From positions 17,508-81,507 of the forward strand of contig CAVXZB010000012.1 in assembly GCA_963765895.1 (NCBI GenBank): a DNA stretch of 64,000 bases, given 5' to 3'. Source of the DNA: an uncultured Nitrososphaeraceae archaeon (GTDB taxonomy: Archaea > Thermoproteota > Nitrososphaeria > Nitrososphaerales > Nitrososphaeraceae). Below the pieces are notes generated by a model. It ran no database searches. It saw only the letters and a program-made list of their open reading frames with translations, and was not told the DNA's origin. Of this stretch, positions 11,893 through 23,168 are shown in pieces (position 1 is the stretch's first letter; each line of letters opens with the position of its first letter). The position numbers and the translations under genes were made by a program.

Positions 11893-12109
11893 ATCTTAGC
11901 TACCATCCCGCATTATAATAACAACAATAAGATTAAAAAATGTAAGGAAGTTTTTCATTTTATATAAAAGTCTTCGCTCGACCTTATATTTTAGTTAGAT
12001 GTATATAGATCACATAGATTCTATAGCATTAAAAATCCGGCTCCGTATTCATATAATATAGCCTCTTAGCAATTCGAATTTAATATTATAATAGACTATT
12101 ATATTATTT

Positions 12110-12773
12110 GGCCCTGTCCACTTAACGATAAACCTACAGCTTGAAGATGCTCTATCTCCGTTGTGATTATTTAGAAACAGAACATCTTCACCGTATATTG
12201 GCTATAGTCTGTATTTGTACTTTTCAAGTTTGTCTTTTGAGAAGAGTGTCCGAAAGGCTTTCCTGTTTTATCAAGCGAAACCATGTTTCCATCTGGAACT
12301 GGATTCAAAAATACAAACCATAAAGGATATCTTCAAGAAAAAGTATCCGAGTTTATTATCGAGGAAGCCCAAATCAAGGCTGGTTCAGAATTAATTTGGC
12401 TTTGGATCGCTACTGAGACAAAAACAAGGAAATTCTCGCACTAAGCCTATCCGAAGAGAGAAACATGTTCATTGCTGAGAGGTTTATCTCTGGTTTGACT
12501 ATGATTTACAGAAAAACATCCAGTTTCCATAGCTGGGGGTACTTGGTATCCACAGGCATGTCGGTTCCTGAACTTAAAGCATCATATTCATTCACCCTAT
12601 GAGAAAAGCATTATTGAAAGGACAATATAGTATATCAAGGACAGGATAGAATGCTTTGACGACTATTTTCAATGTAGAATAAAAAGTTGTAAATTAAAGC
12701 ATGTGATGAACTGGTTAAATCTGTTTCTTGACTATCACAATAGTGAATTAAAAATGCTTAAGTGAACAGAGCC
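12110..12773 (+). mobile_element. IS6-family insertion sequence with a degenerate transposase
   Basis: Terminal IRs GGCCCTGTCCACTTAA / TTAAGTGAACAGAGCC (14/16 match); 8-bp direct repeat TATTATTT at 12102-12109 and 12774-12781; remnants RNHVSIWNWIQKY, WLWIA, GGTWYPQAC, IIERTI*YIKDRIECFDDYF. Confidence 0.88.
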
Positions 12774-13281
12774 TATTATTTACAAAGCTTTGGTAGACAA
12801 TTAAGTTACAAGGTAAGAAAGATAGATTTAAACTATTGATGCTAAACAAAATTAAATATGCCGCAAGTAAAGTATATGGACATTCAAAATTCGCTAATTC
12901 GCATGATTAGTTCGCACAAGAATGAACAAATGTAAAAGAGAACATTTTTCTTTTATCTAACATGTTTGTTTTTGAAGATAACTTCCTAAATTAAGATCTA
13001 TTTACTATATAACAGTATTACAGCTTATTTACCTCTTCCTGTAACAATTAAGAAATCAAATCTAATCTACAACAAGTTATACAAGACTTGTAGAATAATA
13101 AATGATTTACCATGAGTAATTCTCATACGATCCACTCCCTCCATATCGTGTTCTTCGTAATTTAAATATCCACAATTAAATAATAATGTGATAGATTAGC
13201 GGCATTTCATACTCACTCGGGTAGTGATTGTCTAGAATATCAAGATATAGTTGGAGATAAAACACTTGAATACCGATATAC

Positions 13282-15145
13282 TTGATGTCAGAAAGACCTA
13301 TAGTTTTTTGCGAAATGCTCAGACTACATCTTGTACAGTCTTCAGAGATAACTACGGCCTGTGTCTCTCAAAATTTGTTCAAGCTGGATTATCCATATGG
13401 TGCAATTCGAAGTGATAAGGATTACCTGATTGCCAACACTGTTCATGATATAATGAGCTTGTGCATGAACGGTCCAATCATCGAAAATTGGCAGTACCGA
13501 TTCAAAGGACTATGAAAATCTCACCGAGAAAATAGTCCATGAATCACATGATATACTGAATGAAATTATTAATTATACACTAGATACTACAAATAAAGAA
13601 AACAGATTCGTTCCACATGATTTCAAAGCTCGCGTCAATGAGATCTATCGTGGTCTAATTATAGGAATCAGCAAACGGCTAATGAAGAAGCATGAAAAAC
13701 CTAATAGAATTATAACTGAGATTACAATAACGAATATCAAAGATCATCATGAAGGAAGAATTGATGCCCTACTAGAATATCCTCATGGTTATGGGATACT
13801 TGACTGGAAAACATATGATTTAAGCAAGGCTATTAGCGATCGCGAGAAATGGCAACTAATCGCAAATATTTTACTCGCAAATTATAGATATCGTCAGAAT
13901 GAAGATGATTGGAACAGATATAATTTTTCTTGCATTGTTCACAATACTGGAGCCTATTTTCCTAAACTTGGCATCATCAAGAAAGAAGTGGAGAAAGTTA
14001 AAATTAACAGAAAATTTGCTCATGATGTTCTTTGTTGTAAGTATGTACGTATACAGAGGCAAACATTTTGTCCTGTATGTGACAAGGGTTTAGAAGGAAG
14101 CAAAGAATGTCTTTTCTATCAGCTTGATTCTAGACTAGTCTACTATGGTAAACTACCCGCACAGTACGACAAGATGACAAGGCAATTTTTTGCTAAGCGT
14201 TACGCTATTCTAAAGGAAAGAGCCGAAACCCACTTACATAAACATGTAGCTTCCATGTTGATAGATCGACACGGCGAGGAAGAGGCCTTACGAAGACTAG
14301 AGAGAACTGGAGTAATTTGTGCTAAATATATTTATGATTTTGATGTTGAGGAAAGAGTGATTTTGTCAAGAAATGATGATGACTTTTCGTTGGAGCCTCG
14401 TAGGATTGTAAGAGTTATTGGTATGGAACGAGATAGACCCTTACTTTCGCGTATTAGTGAACAGGCCAAATTTGACACACTTTTTACAATTCATCGGTTA
14501 CCAGATAAGCTTGCTATGCTCGTCGACGAATTTGCTGATTATGGTGGTTTACGGGCCGCTGAAGACATAGCAGCTAGATGATTAAAAGTGAATAAGGATA
14601 TTGATATTGAATTTAGATCTATAATTAATCCAGATGAAGTGATTACTTGGGCAGATCTGAATGGTACCTAAGAAATGGCTGGTCCTAGCTCCTGGTATAA
14701 TGATACAGAGGCTAAGGCCTGCGTCAAGATCTGTTGTGAACTTAGAAGAGTAGCACCTTCCAAGTCAATATCAATTGTAACTAGATACACCGAACAGAGA
14801 CGTACAATAACCAAATATCTTCGGAATTTTGATGTTAACGTAAGAGTGTTGACATCTACTGGAGCGTTGGGAACACAAGCTGATGTAGTTCTTTTTTCCA
14901 TAGTAAGAAACAATCCTGAGAGAATTGTTGGTGCAGTAGGGTCACTTCAAGATCTGAATGTTGCAATCTAAAGATCTAAGGAAAAGTTGATAATTGTTGG
15001 AAATTTCGAAATGATGCTGAATGGTTATTCTAGTTCATACGATATGAACCACCGAATAAAACAGAACTTTTCACGGAAGCTTGCCAACCTAGTTGATAAG
15101 AAATATGGAGATGTTGTACAAGTCTCATCTAGGCTGTCTCACTAA
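13282..15145 (+). pseudogene. Dna2-like fusion: Cas4/RecB-type PD-(D/E)XK nuclease plus SF1 (Upf1-like) helicase C-terminus; internally deleted and disrupted
   Basis: EITI..GRIDAL..ILDWKT, Cys cluster CPVC-x9-C; then HRL, N..EA, ISIVTRYTEQ, ADVVLFSIVR, LNVAI*RSKEKLIIVG; no Walker A/B; frameshift and stops. Confidence 0.75.
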
Positions 15146-15498
15146 GATGATCCACTCAAGCTACCGACCTATATTCGACTTCTCTTACAGCTATGATACC
15201 TACATTTTCTAATCATTCTGGAAATCCAAATTGGCAGTAACTATATTATATCATATTGGTAATCTTCAAGTTGGTATTAGCAGGATTCTAAAACCATGTA
15301 TTTCCATGATTACTGTCATATACTAAGTAAATTGTACATATCTCTAACATATCACGTCGACTATTTCTATCAGCATCAACATTGGGCTTTATTTCAGCTT
15401 GAACAGATGTGCCAATATAATTACAAGGTACTCTGATGTAAGTAGTCAATCGTTACACTGGTCTAGGGTTTATTTTCTCACATTGTTTGGTTTAATTT

Positions 15499-16002
15499 CT
15501 ATATTTTTCTTAAAAGTTTTGGACTCAATAACCAACGTAGTTCGCCTTTCATTGTAGGCATCAAGGATGTTATTTCAATTTTTGCCAAGCCAGATTTTTT
15601 AAGAATTATCCTAGGATCATTATCACCATCATGGTCAAATATCAGATCACCTATCATTTCGCTAAGGTAAGGTTGATGCCCAATGATTAAGAGCGACAAG
15701 TCCGATTTCAATTGTGATAATTTTTTATACAGCTCTAATCTATTGCCTTCAGGTTTTAATTCGCCCCAATCTTCCACTCTATCTTCAATTGCAAATACAT
15801 TAGATACAATAACAGCTGTTTGATGCGCTCTTGTTAGAGGACTAGTAATTATGCGATCGAAATTAATCTTTAATTTCTTTAATGATATCGATATACTTTC
15901 TACCTCTTTTTGACCTGTAGATGTAAGTGGTCTATCAAAGTCCTTACTTCCAGACTGCAATCTTTTTCCTGCCTCACCATGACGAAATAGAAATAACTCC
16001 AT
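15499..16002 (-). CDS. sixA: Phosphohistidine phosphatase SixA
   Basis: LFRHGEA, DFDRPLT, TSPLTRAHQTA, IIGHQPYL. Confidence 0.92.
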   Translation of the reverse strand: MELFLFRHGEAGKRLQSGSKDFDRPLTSTGQKEVESISISLKKLKINFDRIITSPLTRAHQTAVIVSNVFAIEDRVEDWGELKPEGNRLELYKKLSQLKSDLSLLIIGHQPYLSEMIGDLIFDHDGDNDPRIILKKSGLAKIEITSLMPTMKGELRWLLSPKLLRKI

Positions 16003-16578
16003 TTTACGGAATATTGGTACTAAATATTATTTATTATTTAAGATTTAATATTCTGTAATAAATTAATGCGCATTATCAATAACTTTGAGTAAGATAAAAA
16101 TAATTTCAATGTGTTACAATAAAATTTTAGATCGTCCTATTACTCTAGCTCCATAGATTTTGCTAATTTTGTCAAAGAAAATATAGTTTAACTTTGAAAT
16201 TCTACCGGATATAAATAGGTATTGCTAGTATATTTGGCGAAACATAAGCTATCCGCTGACTGTACATAGCAATACATAAAATGTGATCCAATATCAAACA
16301 CTTATTGATTAGGTAGCACTAAAGAAGAGAAACAATCAAATTGTGGTTCAATTCAAATGTAGCAAAAGGCAAAAGTAATACTAACTATAGATATCTCGAC
16401 ACGCCATGCCAACTATTGTACAAATATAAGGTACGATGTCGGCCCAAAATAAGATACTTATCTAAAACATGATATTTCAATCACGAATATAAATTATGTA
16501 ATAAAAGAGTCGGCCATATTTCATAATTTTATGATTTTAATGTATATATTGAATCAAATATTTATGTCTATTGTGATT

Positions 16579-16734
16579 TCAATAAGAATGAACTTCGTTT
16601 TTATGTTCTATTAAATGTTTTTTCTTCTTAAATCTTTGATTACATTTTTCGCATTTGAATGGATTTTCAAATTCTAATAAAAAACGTTCTCTCCGCTGTT
16701 CCAGAGTTTCTTCTTTTATTGGTTTGTCTACCAT
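16579..16734 (-). CDS. 51-aa C2H2 zinc-finger protein (below the ORF-track cutoff)
   Basis: MVDKPIKEETLEQRRERFLLEFENPFKCEKCNQRFKKKKHLIEHKNEVHSY. Confidence 0.75.
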   Translation of the reverse strand: MVDKPIKEETLEQRRERFLLEFENPFKCEKCNQRFKKKKHLIEHKNEVHSY

Positions 16735-17589
16735 TTTCTTATTGTATTATTATCAAATATCAGGTTAATTACTTATCGATAAGATAGTCATGAATACTAC
16801 TATTTAGCTTTACACCACTTAAACCTATATAAAATAGTGGTTTTAGCTGCAAATAATACAACGTATTAAATATTAATAAGTACATCCTTTCCAATAAACC
16901 AAATTTATTGCAAATTCCCTAACTAGGATCTTGCCAACATTTGCAGCTATTCATAATCATATAAAAACTGCTTATTTAGAGTAATATGATTACACATAAG
17001 AGCATACTACCATAATATCAAGTAGCATGTTTAATTTTAGATTCTGTTATACTCCTTTATTTGTTATACTTAGCCAAGGGCAATAATAGCCACAGATGAT
17101 CAAAAATTTATTCTACTTGATTATATATAATTGAAAGCTACAATGAAAATAAGGATGCTAGTAAATTTTAACGCCTTAGATTTAATGTAAAGGAAATCAT
17201 GATATTCATCATGTATCGATCTATTATCTAATTTCTCTCCCGATTTAATTCTATTATATTTCTTTTATATTAGTTAAAGTTATTTCTGATTTAAGATATT
17301 GATCAATGTATCCCATACCAATTCCATTTATATTCTGTAAAGACCGAATTTTCATCCAGCCATCCAACAACTATATTTGTAGCTCACACCAATTCTAGCA
17401 TACTGTGCTTTTGTACACTAGAATTATTATCACTAATCGTTATTAAGAAAGCTTCTTTGGACTAGTATGAAATGACTGTCCCTAACATTTTGTTCTATTT
17501 TTGTCTACATTTGCTATGAATACTAAAAATATAATCATCAAATTAACTTTAATTAAAGTGATCAGTGTAGAAAAGCTAAGGCTACTTTT

Positions 17590-17817
17590 TTAGCCACGGG
17601 CAAGCATGGGAGATATATTGATTTAGTAAAGGGTAGAGTAGATGTTGATTTTGTTGCTCGCTTGGAGCGAAAGAACGACAGTCATACTATTTCAAATAAG
17701 ACATTTGACTTTTCAAAAACTACGGTCCGACAGCTAATTCAAGACGGATATGACGAGAGTAAGGAACAGATGAAAGCAATAGTTGCTAGTTTAAAGAGGG
17801 AATTGTCTGGCACATAG
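17590..17817 (+). pseudogene. C-terminal remnant of a patatin-like phospholipase (DUF3734-like tail)
   Basis: VARLERKNDSHTISNKTFDFSKTTVRQLIQDGYDE with no N-terminal part. Confidence 0.55.
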
Positions 17818-18037
17818 TCACTTTTCAAAAAACTACAATCCCGCGAGCGAAATTGAAAAAATAGTTAGAAAAATTTCAAAGGGACGCTAATTGACCATCA
17901 AAACAAATAGCCAAGCTGTCAATTAACAAGTATAAAAGATTCACAATGCTTATCCAAGACTAGCTCACCATATAAAAATATATAAACAAGCTGGCTAAAA
18001 TCCATGGAAGATATATATCAAATAGTGTTCAATTTCT

Positions 18038-18265
18038 ATGAATAACATGAAGAGCTTTAACGATTGGTGGGGGACTGTTCCAGAAGATCTTCGATATAAG
18101 TCACGTAAGGGAGATGAAGTAAACAAACCATTGCTAAACCAGGTTAACTATGTCCTTTTAAATCTTCATATGGCTGGAAAGCATGATGCAAAGCCAACTC
18201 ATGAAGAGCTAAGAGATTGGCTGCATAGTGGTCAAGTAGATGTCCTTAGAATAAGTGCGAAGTAG
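18038..18265 (+). CDS. Conserved small hypothetical protein
   Basis: Intact ORF with NKPLLNQVNYVLLNLH...HEELRDWLHSGQVD, recalled from thaumarchaeal proteomes. Confidence 0.7.
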   Translation: MNNMKSFNDWWGTVPEDLRYKSRKGDEVNKPLLNQVNYVLLNLHMAGKHDAKPTHEELRDWLHSGQVDVLRISAK

Positions 18266-18526
18266 CAGCAGAAAAAATTTATTAGCGGTTGCACCGGCAA
18301 GATATAGCTTACTATCAGCAATACCGAAGAACAAAATAAAGCATAATGGCATTGGCTTTAATTCTATGCCAATGATGGATCTAATTAGTTAGTTGATAAT
18401 TTTGTTCCTATAAAGTCTGCCTCATAATATGGATTTTACGTATATACTAATGTAGTAGTGCATGAACTTATTTTTGCAAATTGTATAATATATTGACCAT
18501 AACAAAATCAGAAGTTAATTAGGCAA

Positions 18527-18807
18527 ATGTCTATAGAAATAGAATTGATATAATTAACTCAATCTTAAATACTGCCTATGATAACGAAGTAAAACAAATA
18601 GAAATCTTAAATAAAGCAAACATTTCTCAAGTAATATTTAAAGGATATTTACCACTATTGCTAGAGTCTGGTTTAATAGAAATTAGACGACACACTGATA
18701 CTTATAGAACTACTGAAAAAGGAATTCAATTCACAGATATTTACGAGAAAATGAAGGATTTAGTATTATTGAATAATGAAGAGCCCAAAATATATTCAGT
18801 ATTTTGA
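18527..18807 (+). pseudogene. Archaeal winged-helix transcription regulator, start out of frame
   Basis: YRNRIDIINSIL...ILNKANIS...YLPLLLESGLIE...YRTTEKG; the ATG at 18527 is out of frame with the body. Confidence 0.7.
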
Positions 18808-19002
18808 TCAAGATCCATAGAGTCTAAGAGAACCTTAGAATTTTATTATAATGAAATCACTCCAAAGGATATAGACGAGCGTTAATTTTCTGTATTTAAT
18901 ACATTGTTAAGAATACATCATAAGTATAATAAAAGTAATGTGATATTTAATTATATTATATAAATAATATAGAGATTATTCAATTAATGAATAACTTTCT
19001 AT

Positions 19003-19296
19003 ATGACACCAGACAGTTCAATATGCGGCGGGTCTATTGTAAATAAAGAAGTAACAAGGCATTATTGTGAATCTGCTTTAATGACTGCAGTTCATATTCT
19101 GATTTGTCTGACTGAAGGTAGGAGCCCCGAGGACATAGCCAAGGATTTTGGTGGTAATATCGAATTAGTTTGTGTTTGGATAGATTACATAATATGGATT
19201 AACTGGGTTTGTAGAAATACGGTTGACCGAACCTGGGTAGCTTCAGACAGCGGAAGAAGGTGGATTGAAAAATATCATATAATGCTTCACAAATAG
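19003..19296 (+). CDS. Hypothetical protein, winged-helix-like
   Basis: ILICLTEGRSPEDIAKDF...WVASDSGRRWI. Confidence 0.5.
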   Translation: MTPDSSICGGSIVNKEVTRHYCESALMTAVHILICLTEGRSPEDIAKDFGGNIELVCVWIDYIIWINWVCRNTVDRTWVASDSGRRWIEKYHIMLHK

Positions 19297-19427
19297 CCTC
19301 TTCTAGATTTTATTATTGTAAATATATACATTTTGATGCATAAAATCACATAAATCTTAACCGATTGCTTTATACTTCATTAAAAGGCATTTCTTGAATG
19401 CGAAAAGGAGGTAATTTGTAGTCAGAT

Positions 19428-19666
19428 ATGAGCTTGAGATTATCCAATAAAACCCGCAATTACTCTTCATCATCTCCAGTATTCATTTTGTGTGACAAAT
19501 GTTACTGGTGCGCAACATATCTTGATAAGAAAAGAAGACCGACACATTATGACTGTCCACAATGTAAAGCTGGAATTGAGCTGTCCAGCTTTCCTATCAT
19601 GTCCAACGAATCATTTACTTTTATAATGAAAGACGTGGAGTAGAATTACAATTCGGATCCAGATAA
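19428..19666 (+). pseudogene. Small zinc-ribbon protein, frameshifted near the C-terminus
   Basis: FILCDKCYWCATY...CPQC...SSFPIMSNESFTF, then a shift in a T-run to YNERRGVELQF. Confidence 0.6.
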
Positions 19667-19675
19667 CGCTAATTC

Positions 19676-19914
19676 ATGAAGAAATGAGCTGATTTCTAAA
19701 GAGAACGAGAGATGAGCAAGAAAGAGATAGACTAAACCTAGCAATTGTAGCAGCAAACAATCATTATGCTGGGTTGTGTCCTGGAACTGCTAACACATTT
19801 AGGAAAATGCTGGATTTGTCAGAAGTGACATGGAGTAATGTCGTGATTCCGAATACTGGGGAAACTGTATCTCGTAACACAAAACAAACTAGTCTATCGG
19901 ATTTTTTGAAATGA
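19676..19914 (+). repeat. DUF72 3'-end fragment, copy A
   Basis: MKK*..FLKR...DRLNLAIVAANNHYAGLCPGTANTFRKMLDLSEV...KQTSLSDFLK*; similar to the 3' part of 30322-30866. Confidence 0.9.
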
Positions 19915-20017
19915 GATCTAGGTTCAGTTATCCCATACTTATCACATAACACTGAAGATTGTTTTAATTTATAGAATCTCTCAAGAGTTAAATATCCTAA
20001 TAATTTGTTATTATTAC

Positions 20018-20428
20018 ATGTTAGGAGATCTAATAAGTGAATCGAAAGGCAAGATAACAAGTCAAAGAGTATTGGATGTTGAAGGTGGGATACCAAAAAT
20101 AGAAACTTCTTTCTCAGAAACAGGGAACTATAGAGGTGCAGAGACAACTTCTACTATAACATATTGGTCTACTCCTAGATCTGGTGGAGCGATATATGGT
20201 CAAGGTAAAGGGATAGTGATGAGTAAGGATGGACAGGAAATGGCAACCTGGACTGGGCAAGGCATGGGATGATTTACTAACCCAGGAAAGATAAGATTAA
20301 CAGGCTCGTTGTTCTTTAGCACATCTTCGACTGGAAAGCTAGCATTTCTTAACAACTTGGTAGGAGTATTTGAATATGAAACAGATGAGTCAGGAAATAC
20401 GTCATCCAAAGCATGGGAGTGGAAGTGA
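20018..20428 (+). pseudogene. Conserved beta-rich hypothetical protein with one in-frame TGA
   Basis: Frame continues past the TGA at 20270-20272 to ...LAFLNNLVGVFEYETDESGNTSSKAWEWK*. Confidence 0.75.
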
Positions 20429-20482
20429 TTGTTGGCAGCAGAATATCCGAAGCATAAAACTAAACGCTAGATGCATAGTATG

Positions 20483-20761
20483 CTAATAAAATCTTAATTC
20501 TTCCATATTTAACTTGTCTTTAATATTCGTAAAATAATCTACAATTTTATCCCTGTTGTATTTCTGTAATTTTTCAAACCTGGATACGTCATCAAACGTC
20601 TCTTTATCATTTGATACATAATCAAGTCCTTGTTCCAGCACCATATCAAACATTTCTCGATTTGTTAACGCTTGATAAAGATATTGTTTATTTTTTATTT
20701 GAACAGCAGATGAATCTTTTCTGGCTACTGCAAGGGCAATTTCCACAGTGAAGGCAGCCAA
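20483..20761 (-). CDS. Hypothetical protein, possibly 5'-truncated
   Basis: 92-aa ORF with normal composition, co-oriented with its neighbours. Confidence 0.4.
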   Translation of the reverse strand: MAAFTVEIALAVARKDSSAVQIKNKQYLYQALTNREMFDMVLEQGLDYVSNDKETFDDVSRFEKLQKYNRDKIVDYFTNIKDKLNMEELRFY

Positions 20762-20804
20762 TTTAAACAGATCTAGAACGTTAAACCTTGCATCCGATCC
20801 TTTT

Positions 20805-21294
20805 TCATTCTCGTAGGGACATTACAATATTTTTCTGACCTTGTCTGTTTTCTGGCATATAACTACCGAAATACTTCTTATTTAATTTCTTAGTTACTGG
20901 ATCTTGCCAGTAAGCATAGTAGTAAGGACCATGCTGATCATGATGACAGTTGGCTTTTTTACATTTGACATATTCTTTTCTTATCGTTGCATTTCCAGGT
21001 ATTGCCTTGAGTCTACCAGCACAAGCCAAATCTATTGCTTTAACTTTGTTTATGAACTTGGTTGACCTCTCAATTCTTTTCTTAGCATTTGCAAGTACTT
21101 TTTGTAACGAAGTTCGCTTATGTCCAAAAGGAGACTTACTCCAACCAGGCAGCTTCTCATGGTTGTTCTCTTTATAAAACCACGCTAGCTCATTAAAGTG
21201 TGATGCAGGACTAGAAGAGTTGTCATTATGATTATTGTCGTTAGATAGATTATGATAGATTATGATATCTGCCTAAACGCCTTGTATTAGTCAA
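20805..21294 (-). pseudogene. DUF6788-like Cys/His protein frameshifted by a 10-bp tandem duplication
   Basis: EYVKCKKANCHHDQHGPYYYAYW..KKY; removing one GATTATGATA copy near 21248-21267 restores the frame from a TTG at 21294. Confidence 0.65.
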
Positions 21295-21367
21295 CTCTTA
21301 CAATTATTTAGCATATCCTTATGAAGTTACCTTTACTATCATTATTCGTAATTTCTTCCTCAGTTAA

Positions 21368-21716
21368 TTATATTAGATCAACTAGGTATATTACAAAATG
21401 AAATCTAGTCACATATAAACAAGCTAGCGTTAAATTGCAACGTCCTTTGAATATCTCCCATCGTTTCCTCCTGACCTCTTCTATTCCATCAATGCACTGT
21501 TTGTAATAATACGCCAAATCAGACTTTGCTAGATCAAACACAAATCGTTGCGACAACTGTTTTAAAAACTTTGACTTCCCTACTGATAGTTGATTGGTCT
21601 ATCTTTAATTCAAGTGCTATTTCAGTTTCTGTCATTGACTGTGCTAGAGTTCCAACTTTTCTGCATCTATCTTCAATTTTGAAATTATGCGTTACCAAGA
21701 TTGTTATATGCATTGT
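21368..21716 (-). pseudogene. HTH protein of an integrated element (possible terminase small subunit), frameshifted
   Basis: KIEDRCRKV..LAQSMTETEIALELKIDQSTISREVK / SQRFVFDLAKSDLAYYYKQCIDGIEEV. Confidence 0.6.
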
Positions 21717-22051
21717 TCTATTCATGAAAGTTATGTTTATGCATTTTGAGGTAGTGATAATTACTACAATATAATAATATTGGGGAATATCCTATTATCA
21801 CGTATTTTGAACTAATATATTCATATCGCTATCCGATAAACTTATGATATTATCTTTCTGCTCGTCTAAAGCAAAGTCACTTATCTGGACATTAGACTCC
21901 TTTTACATTTCCACTAATTTTTACTAATCTTTTGCCCATTTTCATCCAATTTGATAGATCGATGATGGATTCTACCAACTCCTCTCCCTTATTGGTTAAT
22001 CTATATTCTACCCTTGGAGGGATTTCATTGTATGCTTACTTCTTTCGTAAG

Positions 22052-22282
22052 ATGAATAAATCTCTAGTTATTGCAACGGTTATTGCAACTGTTGCAGTAG
22101 GTATGATAGCGTCAGCAGCAGTAATTGGAGCCATTAGCCAAGTAGCCCATGCGGGGCCAGGAAGTTGTCCGAAGTGCTTCCACCATCATCATCACCATCA
22201 TCATCATCATCATCACCATCATCATCACCATCACGACGGACACCACGGCGGTCATGGCATTTGTCCGCCGAGGTGTGCCTGA
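22052..22282 (+). CDS. Secreted Cys/His-rich peptide with 18 consecutive His
   Basis: 34-aa signal peptide ending VAHA; mature GPGSCPKCF-H18-DGHHGGHGICPPRCA. Confidence 0.75.
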   Translation: MNKSLVIATVIATVAVGMIASAAVIGAISQVAHAGPGSCPKCFHHHHHHHHHHHHHHHHHHDGHHGGHGICPPRCA

Positions 22283-22667
22283 TAGGCAGACCTCCCACCT
22301 ATTTTTTGAAATAACATCAAGTCAAACTGTCTAACCATTTTTTTATAACTTATTTTTGTATTTTGTTGTGAAGTCATGGATGGACGATTATTATATTGAT
22401 GAGTATGAAGTATATTAGATAAGAATCAGATAGGTAATCCTTAACTACCGCATTAACCAAGTCAATGCTCCAATTATGACATTACAAATCCGAATCAGTT
22501 GTAAAGAAGAGTTTGAAGTGTAAGCACTGCGGTATGCCACAAACAGGAGTGTATCTAACGTTAGACGGCAAACAATTCGCATGGGTTGACTCGTGCATTC
22601 CTAACCAAGCACATGAGTTTGTGTAATACAATACTGCTTTTATCCTCGTTTTTTATCTATCCTCTTC

Positions 22668-23051
22668 TTGGACAGATGTAAAGGATTTTGTAAAGAAGAA
22701 GCGTTCTCTGTAAAGAAACTGCTGGTAGATTTTCAATACACGTATTTTATGTCTGAGTTGAAGAGAAAGGTAGCAGTTCACTATGCCAGACCTCCACGTA
22801 TAATCAACAAATACACTTACAAACATAAGCAAGCAGGACTCAAATGCTGTAAGTCATATGAATACATAACTGCTGAACCTATATCATTATCATGTTGTCC
22901 ATGTTATTCATTCCAATATTCTACACAAATACATGATAATAAGCGAGATAGACTGTTGAGAACAACAGGAAGCATTACTAAACAAACAGCACCAGCAAAG
23001 CGTCCTATTCCAATGCATGAGATAATAATATGGCATGAAACTACAACTTAA
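22668..23051 (+). CDS. Cys-rich hypothetical protein (degenerate zinc-binding family)
   Basis: CKGFC...KCCKS...CCPCY. Confidence 0.4.
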   Translation: MDRCKGFCKEEAFSVKKLLVDFQYTYFMSELKRKVAVHYARPPRIINKYTYKHKQAGLKCCKSYEYITAEPISLSCCPCYSFQYSTQIHDNKRDRLLRTTGSITKQTAPAKRPIPMHEIIIWHETTT

Positions 23052-23168
23052 AAGTCACAGATCTGACGAAAGCAACAGACCATAATGACTAATCAGATAT
23101 TTACATTTGTGAATACGACTATGCCAATAGCGATTTACAACAGAATTACTAGCAATTATCATTTCAAA

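Noticed and set aside
13282-14581. Cas4-like nuclease as evidence of a CRISPR-Cas locus
   Set aside because: No repeat-spacer array and no cas1/cas2 or other cas genes; it is fused to a helicase remnant instead.
21932-22334. Longer TTG-start version of the His peptide ORF and the overlapping poly-Ile frame
   Set aside because: The ATG at 22052 gives a clean signal peptide; the Ile/Thr run is the alternative reading of the CAT/CAC repeat.
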